Shown piece after piece: positions 47,334-57,993 of a stretch of DNA of 64,000 nt; positions within the stretch are counted from its first letter, which is position 1; every line of letters begins with the position of its first letter. The stretch comes from an uncultured Verrucomicrobiae bacterium (lineage in GTDB: Bacteria; Verrucomicrobiota; Verrucomicrobiia; Chthoniobacterales; JAFAMB01): the NCBI GenBank assembly GCA_963813025.1, contig CAWEXO010000011.1:640001-704000 (forward strand), given 5' to 3'. Below the pieces are notes generated by a model. That model was not told the DNA's origin. It saw only the letters and a program-made list of their open reading frames with translations, and made no database searches. The position numbers were made by a program, and so were the translations under genes.

Positions 47334-48734
47334 CTAGCGTGGGGCCTTTTTCTCGCGGTTCCGCGCCTTTCCACGGAAGGCTTGCCTCTCCGTTGCCGCG
47401 GTCGGTCCTCTGTCGTGCGCGCCCGGGTGTGCCTCCTCCGTGCCTGCCGCCTGCGAATGCTCCTTGAAAATTGCGCAAGCGATGTCTGTTGGAGAGAAAC
47501 CTAGCTCGAGAAATCGATCAACAACCCGCCTCTCGGTCTCAAAGTCATCCTTGAGGAGATGCTCACGGATTTTTTCGATAAAGACGTTCGATCGTTTTTC
47601 TTCGATTTCTTCGCGGCTGGGTACCTGGCGTCGTTGAATCTTCGACCGCGTGAATCGCTCAATACTTTGCAGTCTATAAATCTCTCGTCCTTCGACCAGG
47701 GAGACCGCGCGACCGAAACGACCAGCGCGGCCAGTGCGCCCGATGCGGTGCAGGTAATCTTCCTCGTCCCAAGGAAGATCATAGTTGAAAACTACCTCCA
47801 CATTTTCGACGTCGACGCCGCGAGCGGCGACATCAGTCGCAACAAGAAATTCCAGCTGTGAATTGCGGAACTTTCCAATCGCGCGTTCGCGTTGCGCCTG
47901 GCTGATATCGCCGTGAATCCGTTCCGCCGAGTATCCGCGCGCGATCAGTTCATCAGTTAGCTGATCAACCATCTTCTTCGTATTACAAAAAATGATAGCG
48001 AGCTTGATATCATTTAAGTCAATCAACCGGGTCAACGCCTCAGTTTTTGCTCTGCCCCGGACATCGTAGTAAGTCTGCTCGACGGTGGGGACAGTTAGTT
48101 GTTTGTGTTCGATCCGGATGGTTTCCGGATCCCGCGTAAACCGCCGGATTAACTCCTGAATCGGCCGGGAAAACGTCGCGGAAAAACAAACCACTTGGCG
48201 ATTCGCTGGGAGGGTTTCCAGGATTCGTTGAATGTCGTCGCGGAAGCCCATGTCAAACATTTCATCCGCTTCATCCAGAACCACCATCTTCACCTGCGTT
48301 AGATCCAGTGTTCCTCGCTCCAGGTGATCGAGCAGGCGGCCCGGTGTACCAATCACAATCTGCGCCCCGTGCCGCAGAGCGCGGATCTGACGGTCGTATG
48401 ATTGACCACCATAGATTGGCACCGAGTGAACGCGTCGTTTGAATGCAGCAAATTTGTAAATTTCCTCGGCCACCTGAAGGGCCAGCTCCCGGGTAGGGCA
48501 AAGGATCAGAACCTGCGTGTGAGTCGAGGCCGGATCCGCGAGTTCGACAGCGGGAAGGCCAAAAGCGGCGGTTTTGCCCGAGCCGGTCTGGGATTGACCA
48601 ATCACGTCTTTGCCTCTCAATAAGGCGGGAATAGCGGCCGCTTGGATCGGAGCGGGTTTCTCGTAACCGAGTTGGTCGACGGCCTTCAGCAGAGCGGGAG
48701 AAAGCCCAAGTTCAGAAAAAGCGGAAGCTGTCAT
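47334..48734 (-). CDS. DEAD-box RNA helicase (DeaD/CshA-like); C-terminus may be frameshifted
   Basis: Q motif, QTGSGKT, PTRELA, GTPGR, DEAD, SAT, HRIGRTGRAG. Confidence 0.93.
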   Translation of the reverse strand: MTASAFSELGLSPALLKAVDQLGYEKPAPIQAAAIPALLRGKDVIGQSQTGSGKTAAFGLPAVELADPASTHTQVLILCPTRELALQVAEEIYKFAAFKRRVHSVPIYGGQSYDRQIRALRHGAQIVIGTPGRLLDHLERGTLDLTQVKMVVLDEADEMFDMGFRDDIQRILETLPANRQVVCFSATFSRPIQELIRRFTRDPETIRIEHKQLTVPTVEQTYYDVRGRAKTEALTRLIDLNDIKLAIIFCNTKKMVDQLTDELIARGYSAERIHGDISQAQRERAIGKFRNSQLEFLVATDVAARGVDVENVEVVFNYDLPWDEEDYLHRIGRTGRAGRFGRAVSLVEGREIYRLQSIERFTRSKIQRRQVPSREEIEEKRSNVFIEKIREHLLKDDFETERRVVDRFLELGFSPTDIACAIFKEHSQAAGTEEAHPGAHDRGPTAATERQAFRGKARNREKKAPR

Positions 48735-48901
48735 CAAAAGCGAAAATGCCGTCGCCGGGCGCGACACCGACTGCTGAAGCTGGAGCGCAGCGTGCCGTTA
48801 CATAGGGCGACGAACCGGCTGGAGTCAACCGGTAATAAGCGTTTGCCTTATCGGGGCGTAAAGCTGTGCGGGTGTCTCGCAATGTGTCCTTGGCCCTGTT
48901 G

Positions 48902-49033
48902 CCGGTGGGGCGATCCGCCTTGGCGGACGAGGCTCAGGCGAGAACTTGTTTGAGCATCTGGAGCGGGTGGCTCACCCAAGCGTCCGGCTCAAACAAGTTC
49001 TCGCTAAGGCTCGAATAAATTTTCGCCCTACCG
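48902..49033. repeat. GT(A/G)GGGCGA...TTCGCCCTACCG palindromic repeat copy
   Basis: gcgagaacttgtttgagc...gggtggctcaccc...ggctcaaacaagttctcgctaaggctcgaataaattttcgccctaccg. Confidence 0.85.
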
Positions 49034-49198
49034 CCACAGGACCAAAGGCGCCTTGGGACATCCCTCGAACCTCTTCCGAACCATAGCTCGATTGCGCGCG
49101 CTAGGGCCCTCCAAGCCGAACTCACTTCCGCTCCGCAGGCAGCAAATAACGGACGACGCGTGCTTGTCCTGAACGAAGCCTTAGGATTGGTTGAGAGG

Positions 49199-50386
49199 AT
49201 GGTCAAGCCGCGTCTGTTAACGTTGTTTTGCTACGGGTCGATGATGAGTTTGGCGATCGGCTTGAATCTCTTGCCGGTCTTCCTGACCAGCTTGAGCGCT
49301 ACTTTCGGTGGGAGTGCGGGGTTGACGCAGGAACAACTGGGTCGACTTGGTGCCATCGGTTTTGCTGGTCTGGTTCTCGGTATCCTGATCACTGGTCCAC
49401 TGGCTGATCGCTGGGGAGCAAAGGGCTTTGCTCTGGTCGCGAACGGCATCATCAGCGCAAGCTTGGCTGGAATGTCGTTCGCACCAGACTACGGGATTCT
49501 TTCTGCGACCATCTTTTGCCTGGGGTTCGGAGCCGGCGTTTTGGACATGATTCTCAGTCCGGTGGTGGCGGCTCTCAACCCGGGCCGGAGATCGGCGGCG
49601 ATGAATTGGCTGCACTCGTTTTATTGTGTGGGTGCAGTCGTGACGATCTTTGCGGGGACTGTCGCGCTACGGATTGGATTAGGCTGGAGACACGCATGTC
49701 TCGTGCTTCTCCCTTTGCCACTCGTTTTACTCGGCGGTTTGGCACAACTCGCTTTTCCGAAGCTCTTGACCGGACAAGGGAAGCGCTTGCGGATGCGCCG
49801 TCTGCTGCGTGAATGGTGGTTCGCGGGTGCGCTGATCGCGATCTTTCTCGGAGGAGCGACTGAGCTGGGAATGGCCCAGTGGCTTCCGGCCTACGCCGAA
49901 ACGACACTGGGATTTCCGCGGTGGATCGGTGGCATCGGGTTGTTGCTCTTCTCGGTTGCCATGGCCGCCGGACGAATGGTAGTAGGTGCCGTCGGCGCAC
50001 GAGTGGATCCCTTCGCCATTATGGCCTGGTGTTGCGGTTTCTCGGTTTGTCTCTTCCTCCTCGGATCCTTTCTACCCGTACCTCTGACGGCGTTGGCGGC
50101 CTGCGTGGCAGTCGGGTTCACGGGAAGTGCGCTATGGCCTACATTGCTTGCCGTTACGGGAGACCGATACCCGCTGGGAGGTGCGAGCATGTTTGCTGCC
50201 CTCGCCGCCTTTGGCAACGCCGGTGGGATCCTGATGCCTTGGGTCGTCGGATGGATTGGCGACCTTTTCAATCTCCGTTGGGGCCTGGCCATTTCGGGAG
50301 TCGCACCGCTCTTGATGTTGCCGTTAGTGCTTCTCTTGAAGCGCCAAAACACCGAAGCCTTGGCTGCGCCCGCGACAGTCGCGTAG
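49199..50386 (+). CDS. MFS transporter (FucP/TsgA-like sugar permease)
   Basis: About 12 hydrophobic segments; GPLADRWG motif A; MNWLHSFYCVG; GATELGMAQWLPAY. Confidence 0.85.
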   Translation: MVKPRLLTLFCYGSMMSLAIGLNLLPVFLTSLSATFGGSAGLTQEQLGRLGAIGFAGLVLGILITGPLADRWGAKGFALVANGIISASLAGMSFAPDYGILSATIFCLGFGAGVLDMILSPVVAALNPGRRSAAMNWLHSFYCVGAVVTIFAGTVALRIGLGWRHACLVLLPLPLVLLGGLAQLAFPKLLTGQGKRLRMRRLLREWWFAGALIAIFLGGATELGMAQWLPAYAETTLGFPRWIGGIGLLLFSVAMAAGRMVVGAVGARVDPFAIMAWCCGFSVCLFLLGSFLPVPLTALAACVAVGFTGSALWPTLLAVTGDRYPLGGASMFAALAAFGNAGGILMPWVVGWIGDLFNLRWGLAISGVAPLLMLPLVLLLKRQNTEALAAPATVA

Positions 50387-50448
50387 CGTCTTGGCGGAGA
50401 GCAGCGCGATTGCGATCGGTTCTTTTGCTTCGCCGCCTTTGACGCGAT

Positions 50449-50493
50449 ACTCGGCACTCGGGACTGGGGCCTCGGCACTCGGCACTCGGCACT
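50449..50493. repeat. Heptamer tandem repeat (ACTCGGC)n between convergent genes
   Basis: actcggcactcgggactggggcctcggcactcggcactcggcactc. Confidence 0.7.
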
Positions 50494-50501
50494 CCTCGAG
50501 G

Positions 50502-51502
50502 CTACCAAGCGTAGGCCTGGGGCGCTTCGCCGCCGGGACCTGGGAAAATCTCGTCGAGCTTTTTCAAGGTATGCTTCATCCAGCGTGATTTCCGTGGCGT
50601 GCAGGGTGGACTCCAGCTGCTCGATGGTTCGAGGGCCGATGATGGGCGCAGTCACGATCGGGTTGTGCAAAAGCCAGGCCAGGGCTACGGCTGCGGGAGG
50701 TTGCCCCCAACTGTTTGCAGAGAGCCTCGTACTGTTCCAGCTTGGGCCGGTTCTTGTTGATTTCCTTCAGGGACTCCTCACTGGCGCGCCGGCCGCTTTC
50801 CAGCTTCTCCAGGGCTCCACCCAGAAGGCCGCCGCCCAGAGGGCTCCAAGGGATCAGTCCCAAACCGTAGTGCCGGCAGGCGGGAATGACCTCCAGCTCC
50901 ACCATGCGGTTGTTCAGGTGGTAGATGCTCTGTTCGCTGGACAACCCATCAAGCCGCGTTTGGAAGCCTCCTGGCAGGCGGTGGCGATGTCCCATCCCGC
51001 GAAATTACTAGACCCTACATAAACCACTTTGCCCTGGTTGCCCAGTTGTTCGAAAGCTTGCCAAGTCTCGTCCCAAGGACAGTCCCGGTCCACGTGGTGC
51101 ATCTGGTAAAGGTCGATATGATCGGTCTGGAGCCGTTTTGAGGCTGCCTTCGCAGTGCTTGCGGATTTTGTACGCCGAAAGACTGCGGCCGTCGGTATTA
51201 GGTTCTGCCCGGTTGGCCTTGCGTCTGACGGGATTGAAGACCTTGGTGGCCAGGACCACCGCGTCGCGGCGGCCGCCGCCCTGGGCGAACCCGCGCCCCA
51301 GAATCTCCTCGGTGTCGCCCTGCTCGCCACCCCAGCCGTAGACGTCGGCCGTATCAAAGAAGTTGATGCCGAGCTCCAGGGCCCGGTCCATGATCAGGAA
51401 ACTCTCTTTCTGGGCGGTGTGCCAGCCGAAATTCATCGTACCCAGGCAAATGTTGCTTACCAGGGCTCCGTGTTTTCCCAAACGTTTGTGTTCGATTGCC
51501 AT
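50502..51502 (-). CDS. Aldo/keto reductase, split by apparent frameshifts
   Basis: LGTMNFG, FFDTADVYG, VLATKV, LQTDHIDLYQMH, YVGSSNF, PWSPLGGGLLG, APIIGPRT; ends AYAW*. Confidence 0.9.
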
Positions 51503-51640
51503 GTTCGTTTACCTCTCTTGCTTGCCTTCAGACGCGGAGTCAATTGCGCAAAGAAAGCCTTGAGCCAAAAGTCGCGAAACCAGTTCCGACTGGTCCGGGC
51601 CTGAACTGTAACAGAGAATTAACATCGGAAGGACCGTAAA

Positions 51641-53679
51641 TTGAAAGAGACTGAAGTTCGTTTTCGTCAGATTCACCTTGATTACCATACGAGTGAGCAC
51701 ATTGAGTCCGTCGGGTCGAACTTTGATCCCGACGAGTTCGCGGAAACCCTGGTTAAAGCCAGGGTTAATTCGATCACTTGCTTTGCTCGCTGCCACCACG
51801 GCTGGCTTTATTTCAATTCGAAGAAGTTTCCGGAACGTAAGCATCCCTACCTGCAACAGGAGTTGCTCCCGCAGCAAATCGAAGCGTGTCACCGTCGCGG
51901 CATTCGGGTTCCGATTTACATCACGGTCCAGTGGGATCACTACACCGCAACGCGTCATTCCGAATGGGTCTGCCTGGACGCCAAAGGCGCCCTGATCGGT
52001 AGTCCGCCGTTTGAGCCCGGTTTTTACCGGCGACTGTGCGTGAACTCACCTTACCGTGAGTTTCTTAAGGACCACACCACGGAGGTTCTGGAGACCTTTC
52101 CAACCGACGGCTTGTTCTTCGACATCGTGTGGCCGGAAACCTGTGCCTGTCGGTATTGCTGCGAGAAGATGCTCGCGGCCGGCCTCGAACCAAGCGATCC
52201 GGAAGTCCGGGAGCGATTCGGGCTTCAGACGATCAACGAGTTTAAGGAGGACATGACGCGGTTCGTTCGTGAACGGAATGCGGATTGCACAATCTTCTAC
52301 AACGCAGGCCATATTGGACCGCGCCATCGCTCGGTCAAGCAGGCGTGTAGCCATTTCGAATTGGAAACGCTGCCGAGCGGCGATGGGGCTACATCCATTT
52401 TCCAGTTAGCATCCGCTACGCCCGAACCCTCGGGCTGGATTGCCTGGGGCAAACGGGGAGGTTGCACACTTCCTGGGGGGATTTTCACTCATTCAAGAAC
52501 CTTCCAGCGCTGCGTTACGAATGCCTCCGGATGCTGACTCATGGTGCCAAATCTTTGATTGGCGACCAGCTGCCTCCGGACGGACGAATTGACCAGGAAG
52601 TGTACCGACTCGTGGGCGAAGTTTATCAGGAAGTCGAACAAAAGGAGCCCCGGTGCACCGGGGCGCGGCCGGTGACCGAGATTGGGGTTCTCACCCCGGA
52701 AGAATTTACCGGCAGTGGAGTTGGAGTTCTGCCCGATGCGATCAAAGGGGCAACGCGCATCCTGGAGCAAGGCGGACACCAGTTCGACATCTTGGATTCG
52801 GCCAGCAAATTCGCTGATTACCAGGTGCTGGTTTTGCCCGATCACATCCCGGTTTCGGCCGAACTCGCCCACAGATTAGAACAGTACGTCGGGGCTGGCG
52901 GAAGCGTCATCGCGAGCTTTGCTTCCGGCATGGACGAAAACCAAACGCGGTTTATGACGGACTTGTTTGGGGTGACTGTGATTGGCCCGGGTCCGCACGA
53001 TCTAAATGGGAGTCTTGTCCGCGGCAAAGCCTTTGGGCGTCATGATTACTGCGAATACCTTCTCCCGGAAGGCGCGATCGGTCGAGGCTTGCCGGAAACT
53101 GAACACGCCATGTACCGGAGGGGCATCGCCGTCGAGGCTGATGAAGGGGCGGAAGTCCTCGCTCCCATTGTGAAATCCTTGTTTGACCGGACCTACCGTC
53201 ACTTCTGCTCTCATCGGCAAACGCCCTCGTCCGGTTCGGAGGGTCAACCCGGGATCGTCTGCCAGGGGCACTGCATCTATTTTTCCAGTCCGATTTTCAG
53301 CCAATACAACGACAACGCCCCCCTTTGGTGCAAGCGGCTGGTTCTGAACGCGCTTGACCTTTTGCTACCAGAGCCCCTGATCAAACACAACGGGCCCAGT
53401 ACGCTCCAGGTGACCCTTACTGAACAAGCGAGCCAGGACCGCTGGATCCTCCACCTTTTGCATTTTATCCCGGAGCGGCGGAGCGAAGAGCTCGACGTGA
53501 TCGAGGACGTAATCCCGTTGTTCCAGGTCAACGTGAAGGTGAAGACGCCCCGGCCCGTTCGTGATGTGGCGATCGCACCCGCAAAAGCGTCCCTCGCCTT
53601 CCGTACTGAAGAATCTTACACAGTTTTCGAAATCGATCGGATCGACGGCCACGCGATGGTTAGTCTCGCTTTTGGTTAG
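51641..53679 (+). CDS. GH151-like glycoside hydrolase (putative alpha-L-fucosidase) with trimerisation-type domain; one frameshift near 52382
   Basis: RQIHLDYHTSE, FARCHHGWLYF, DGLFFDIV, HFELETLPSG-WGY, HTSWGDFH, IGDQL. Confidence 0.7.
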
Positions 53680-53934
53680 TATGCATCGATCCCTGCAACA
53701 AGCTGCAATAATCAGTGTTGTGCCAGCGGTTTTGCTGACAAACTCAAGAAACGGCGTAGCCGAAACCACCTCGTCCGCGCAGACTCCAGTAACAGGCTGG
53801 AAGCCCGTGCCACTTTCCCGCCGTGACACCGCATCTTGGGTCTGTCGAACTTTGAGTTATCGGTGGCCCGCGCGATCGAGCTATCCTTCGTAATGGAGGT
53901 TAGAGACTTGTCCCAACGCATCTTTGATCCTGTG

Positions 53935-54040
53935 CCGGTAGGGCGAAAACTTGTTTGAGCCGCCTGGAGCGGGTGGCTCACCCCAGCGTCCGGCTCAAAC
54001 AAGTTCTCGCTAATGCTCGAATAAATTTTCGCCCTACCGG
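53935..54040. repeat. GTAGGGCGAAAA...TTTTCGCCCTAC palindromic repeat copy
   Basis: ccggtagggcgaaaacttgtttgagccg...cggctcaaacaagttctcgctaatgctcgaataaattttcgccctaccgg. Confidence 0.85.
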
Positions 54041-54421
54041 CGCCGGGCAGTGCGGCACTCTGAGAGGATCTCTAACTTTCGCGCGGCCAATCGCTCGATG
54101 GCGCACCGCAGATTCCCAAAGTCCAACATGCCCATCTTGCCGGTGAAACTTCAAATTTTGCTTTGTCTTTACCTTTGCGACCTCCTGTTCAGTTAAATCT
54201 CCTCTTTCCGGTCATCTTAGAACCTCAGTCTACCGATAGCGGTGCACGGCGCCCCCTCCGGTCGAGTGTTTGCGCTCTAACCTCGCGCGAACTGAGCCCA
54301 CCCTCAGATCAGCGCGGTTTAGTTCGCGTCCTTGCACGGTTTGTGCGATTATGTCAGCTTTCACGGTTTCCGCCCCGCTCCGGATCACTTGATCCATCAT
54401 CTCAGCCCGTTGCCCAATTTT

Positions 54422-56791
54422 ATGAAAGTCTGCCCGACGTCCATTCTGCTCTTCTCTATCACCCTCGCGCTCTGGCCACGGGTAATTTCACCGGCAGCCG
54501 CCGCAGGTACAGAGATAGCGGCAAAGGGTTCTCTCTCGGAACCAACCGACCCTGGTTGGCCGCGCGAGATTACCCGGAACGGGATTCGTTTCGTGTATTA
54601 CCAGCCCCAGGTCGATGACTGGAAAGACTTTCACGAGCTCCGGGCGCGACTTGCTTTTACCCTTACCCCCAAAGGCGGAAAACCCGTCGCCGGAATCGAA
54701 GAGTTAAGCGGCCGCACCGTGCCTAATCTGGAGACTCGTACTGTCGCAATCGATAATATCGAGATTGTCGCTGTCCGATTCCCGTCTTTATCGGACTCAG
54801 AGGCTGAGAAGATGAGCGAACTGCTTCGCTCGACGTTTCCAGGCAAACCGCTAACCGTCTCTTTGGACCGTCTGATTGCGAGTGCCCAAGTGGGCGAAGA
54901 AAAGGTTAAACCCGTTGCGGTAAAGACTGACGCACCGCCCATCTTCACGAGTACGGAACCAGCTGTGCTTTTAACGGTTGACGCTAAACCGGTCTTAGCG
55001 CCGATCAAAGGTTCGCAGCTGAAATTTGTTCTCAACACCAATTGGGACCTTTTTTTCGCTCCAAGCGATTCGCACTATTACCTCTTGATCAAGAAGCTAT
55101 GGCTCAGCGCCGATTCGCTGGATGGTCGCTGGACCCCAACGAGAAAATTGCCTGTCGAATTTGGAAACCTCCCGAGCGACTGGGATCGAGTGAAACAGGC
55201 GCTTCCGCCCCGAGCCGAACAGGGAAAGCCGCCTAAAGTGTTCTTTTCGGCGGTTCCAGCGGAACTCATCATCTTTTCCGGCGCGCCTAGCTTCAAGAGC
55301 ATTCCAGGAACACAACTTTCGTACGCCACCAATACGAAGAGCTGGATTTTTCGGGACGCGGCGCAGAACGAGATTTATTACCTGGTGACCGGGCGTTGGT
55401 TCCGTGCTGATAGCTTAACCGGTCCGTGGAGTTATGCTGGAAACGACCTCCCGCCAGATTTTCAGCAAATTCCCACCGAAAGCGCGGCTGCAGAGGTTCT
55501 CTCTTCCGTTCCGGGCACCAGCGAGGCCGAAGATGCTGTCTTGTTGGCGCAAATTCCAACTTCTGCGGTGATTGACCGGGCGGACGCCGAATCCAAGGTC
55601 AAGGTCGAGTACCAGGGTGAGCCGCAGTTCGCGGCAATCGAAGGGACGGACCTTCGCTACGCCACTAACACCGATGCGACCGTTATCCAGGTGGAAGATC
55701 GATATTACCTCTGTGCGAACGCGGTGTGGTTTGTTGCTCCTGACCCCACTGGGCCATGGAAAACAGTCACGGAAGTACCGCCAGTGATCTACACGATCCC
55801 ACCGAGCAGCCCGGTCTATCGCGCGACGTACGTAAAGGTTGATGGATCCAATGAAAAGGAAGTCACCTGTAGCTATACGGCCGGCTACTCCGGGGCTTAC
55901 GTTGCCAAGGCGGCTGCGGCGGCTGTGCTGGTCTGGGGAACGGGTTACTATTATCCGCCGTACGTTTATCCCGCGCCGGTCCCAATCTACCATCCCTATT
56001 ATCCCACCTATGGAGTTGCCGCCACCTATTATCCGGCGACTGGCTACTACGCTACTGGAGGATATGCTTACGGACCGTACAATAGCGCCGGTCAAGCGGC
56101 TTGGTATAATCCGAGCACGGGCGCCTACGGGCGGGCCTACACCACGCAGAGTTCCTACGGCGGCCAAACCAGCGCCTGGGGCTACAATCCCAGCACGGGC
56201 ACTTCCTGGAACACCCAGCAAGGGCACAACTATTACAGCCAATGGGGAACTTCCACGGCCCAGCGCAACGGCGAGACCTACCAGGCGGGACACGTCGTGA
56301 CGAATTATGGTAGTACCGCGGTGGCGAAAGGCCCGGATAACTTATACGCCGGTCACGATGGCAACGTGTATAAACGAGATGATAACGGGAACTGGTCGAA
56401 GTACGACAATGGTCAGTGGCAACCGGTCAGTCAGCCTCAGCGAAATAATGAATCAAGGCAGAAACAGCCCGGAACTCAGCAGAATAACAGTTTATCAAGT
56501 CAGCCCAGCTCCGCTTCTCCGAATGCGCAAAGCAAGCGACAAGCGAACAATACTCCTTCGCAGAACCAGGGGCAATCGCGCGAAGCCAGGCAGACAACCA
56601 ATGGTCGAGCAAAACAGCGCTCCGACGAACCGACAGCCGGCCTCGAGCGCGAAGCGTCTGCGCGACAACGCGGCTCCGAGCGCGTGAACCTGCAGCAGCG
56701 CCGCGCACAATCGGGGGCTGCGAGAAATCGTCGTTTCGGAGCTGAGCGTGGATCAAGAGGTTCGCGAGATCGATTCTCCGGTCGTCAGTAA
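54422..56791 (+). CDS. Large exported hypothetical protein with Tyr/Gly-rich repeats and a Gln/Arg-rich tail
   Basis: Signal-like N-terminus; repeated GRW/GPW modules; YNPSTG repeats; NLYAGHDGNVYKR; low-complexity C-terminus. Confidence 0.8.
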   Translation: MKVCPTSILLFSITLALWPRVISPAAAAGTEIAAKGSLSEPTDPGWPREITRNGIRFVYYQPQVDDWKDFHELRARLAFTLTPKGGKPVAGIEELSGRTVPNLETRTVAIDNIEIVAVRFPSLSDSEAEKMSELLRSTFPGKPLTVSLDRLIASAQVGEEKVKPVAVKTDAPPIFTSTEPAVLLTVDAKPVLAPIKGSQLKFVLNTNWDLFFAPSDSHYYLLIKKLWLSADSLDGRWTPTRKLPVEFGNLPSDWDRVKQALPPRAEQGKPPKVFFSAVPAELIIFSGAPSFKSIPGTQLSYATNTKSWIFRDAAQNEIYYLVTGRWFRADSLTGPWSYAGNDLPPDFQQIPTESAAAEVLSSVPGTSEAEDAVLLAQIPTSAVIDRADAESKVKVEYQGEPQFAAIEGTDLRYATNTDATVIQVEDRYYLCANAVWFVAPDPTGPWKTVTEVPPVIYTIPPSSPVYRATYVKVDGSNEKEVTCSYTAGYSGAYVAKAAAAAVLVWGTGYYYPPYVYPAPVPIYHPYYPTYGVAATYYPATGYYATGGYAYGPYNSAGQAAWYNPSTGAYGRAYTTQSSYGGQTSAWGYNPSTGTSWNTQQGHNYYSQWGTSTAQRNGETYQAGHVVTNYGSTAVAKGPDNLYAGHDGNVYKRDDNGNWSKYDNGQWQPVSQPQRNNESRQKQPGTQQNNSLSSQPSSASPNAQSKRQANNTPSQNQGQSREARQTTNGRAKQRSDEPTAGLEREASARQRGSERVNLQQRRAQSGAARNRRFGAERGSRGSRDRFSGRQ

Positions 56792-56828
56792 CTCCACTTG
56801 CATGGGAAAATCGCGGGCGGACACAGGC

Positions 56829-57990
56829 ATGAGCAGGTTTTTCCGGCTTGTTCTCGAATCGTTGAAGCGTTCGCCCGAATTCGGTTTGTGTTTCGCCAGT
56901 CTGACACTCTCGAGCTGTTCAAAACCGCCGCGGAATGAAGTCATCCCGGGTCCTCCTGAAGTTCTGGTGACGGAGGTCCTGCAACAGGATGTGCCGATTG
57001 TGCGAGAATGGATCGGATCACTGGACGGTTCAGTAAATGCTGACATTCGAGCGCGAGTATCCGGCTACATCATTTCCCAGAGCTATAGGGAGGGCGCCGT
57101 GCGTCCAGAAAGGTGACCTGCTCTTCCAAATTGACGACAGCGCGTACGAAGCTGCTTTGGAGCAAGCAAAAGCGGCCCTCGCTCAAGCGGTCGCCAACCA
57201 GCTCCAAACCGAACAAACGGAAAAGCGTGTCCAGGAGCTTTTCTCCCAAAGGGTGGAGAGCGCTCAGGACCGGGACAACGCAGTTCAGCAAAACGACGCG
57301 GCCAAAGCAGTCGTAAAGGCCCAGGAAGCCGCGGTCAAACAGGCTCAAGTGAATCTTCAGTTCACCAAATTGACCGCACCGGTCACCGGTATCGCCGGGA
57401 TAGCCAATCCGGGCATCGGCGATCTGGTTAGTCCAAGCGACGCGCAGCCGCTCACTACAATTTCCACCGTGGATCCGATCAAAGCCTACTTCCAATTGAG
57501 CGAGCAGGATTACCTCAAAGCCGCAGAGAGTCTCGAACGTGACCGAAACGGTCGGATCCAACAACCACCGGTGGAAATGGTCCTTTCCAATGGCCAATTG
57601 TATCCAGCGAAGGGAACGTTCTCTGCCGTCGATCGGCAAGTTGACACACAGACCGGCACGATTCGCCTGGCGGCGCTTTTCCCAAACCCACAGAATGTCT
57701 TGCGCCCAGGGCAATTCGTGCGCATTCGGGTGACGGTGAAAACCCAGCGCGGAGCCTTACTCGTCCCGCAGCGCGCGGTAAACCAGTTACAAACCAGCTA
57801 TGAGGTGGCGGTGGTGGGCAGCGACAACAAAGTCCAGATGCGTTCCGTAAAGCTTGGCGAGCTCTTCGGTTCGCTTTGGATCATCAAGGAGGGTTTGCAG
57901 GCCGGAGAACATGTTGTCGTAGAAGGACTCCAGAAAGTGAAGGACGGCGAACTAACCAAGCCGATGCCGTGGACCAAGGCTCCGGGCTAA
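56829..57990 (+). CDS. RND efflux periplasmic adaptor (MFP), frameshift near 57100
   Basis: Lipobox-like LSSC; ADIRARVSGYI | VQKGDLLFQID; TAPVTG; VDTQTGTI; LRPGQF; VVVEGLQKV. Confidence 0.9.
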
Positions 57991-57993
57991 GGT

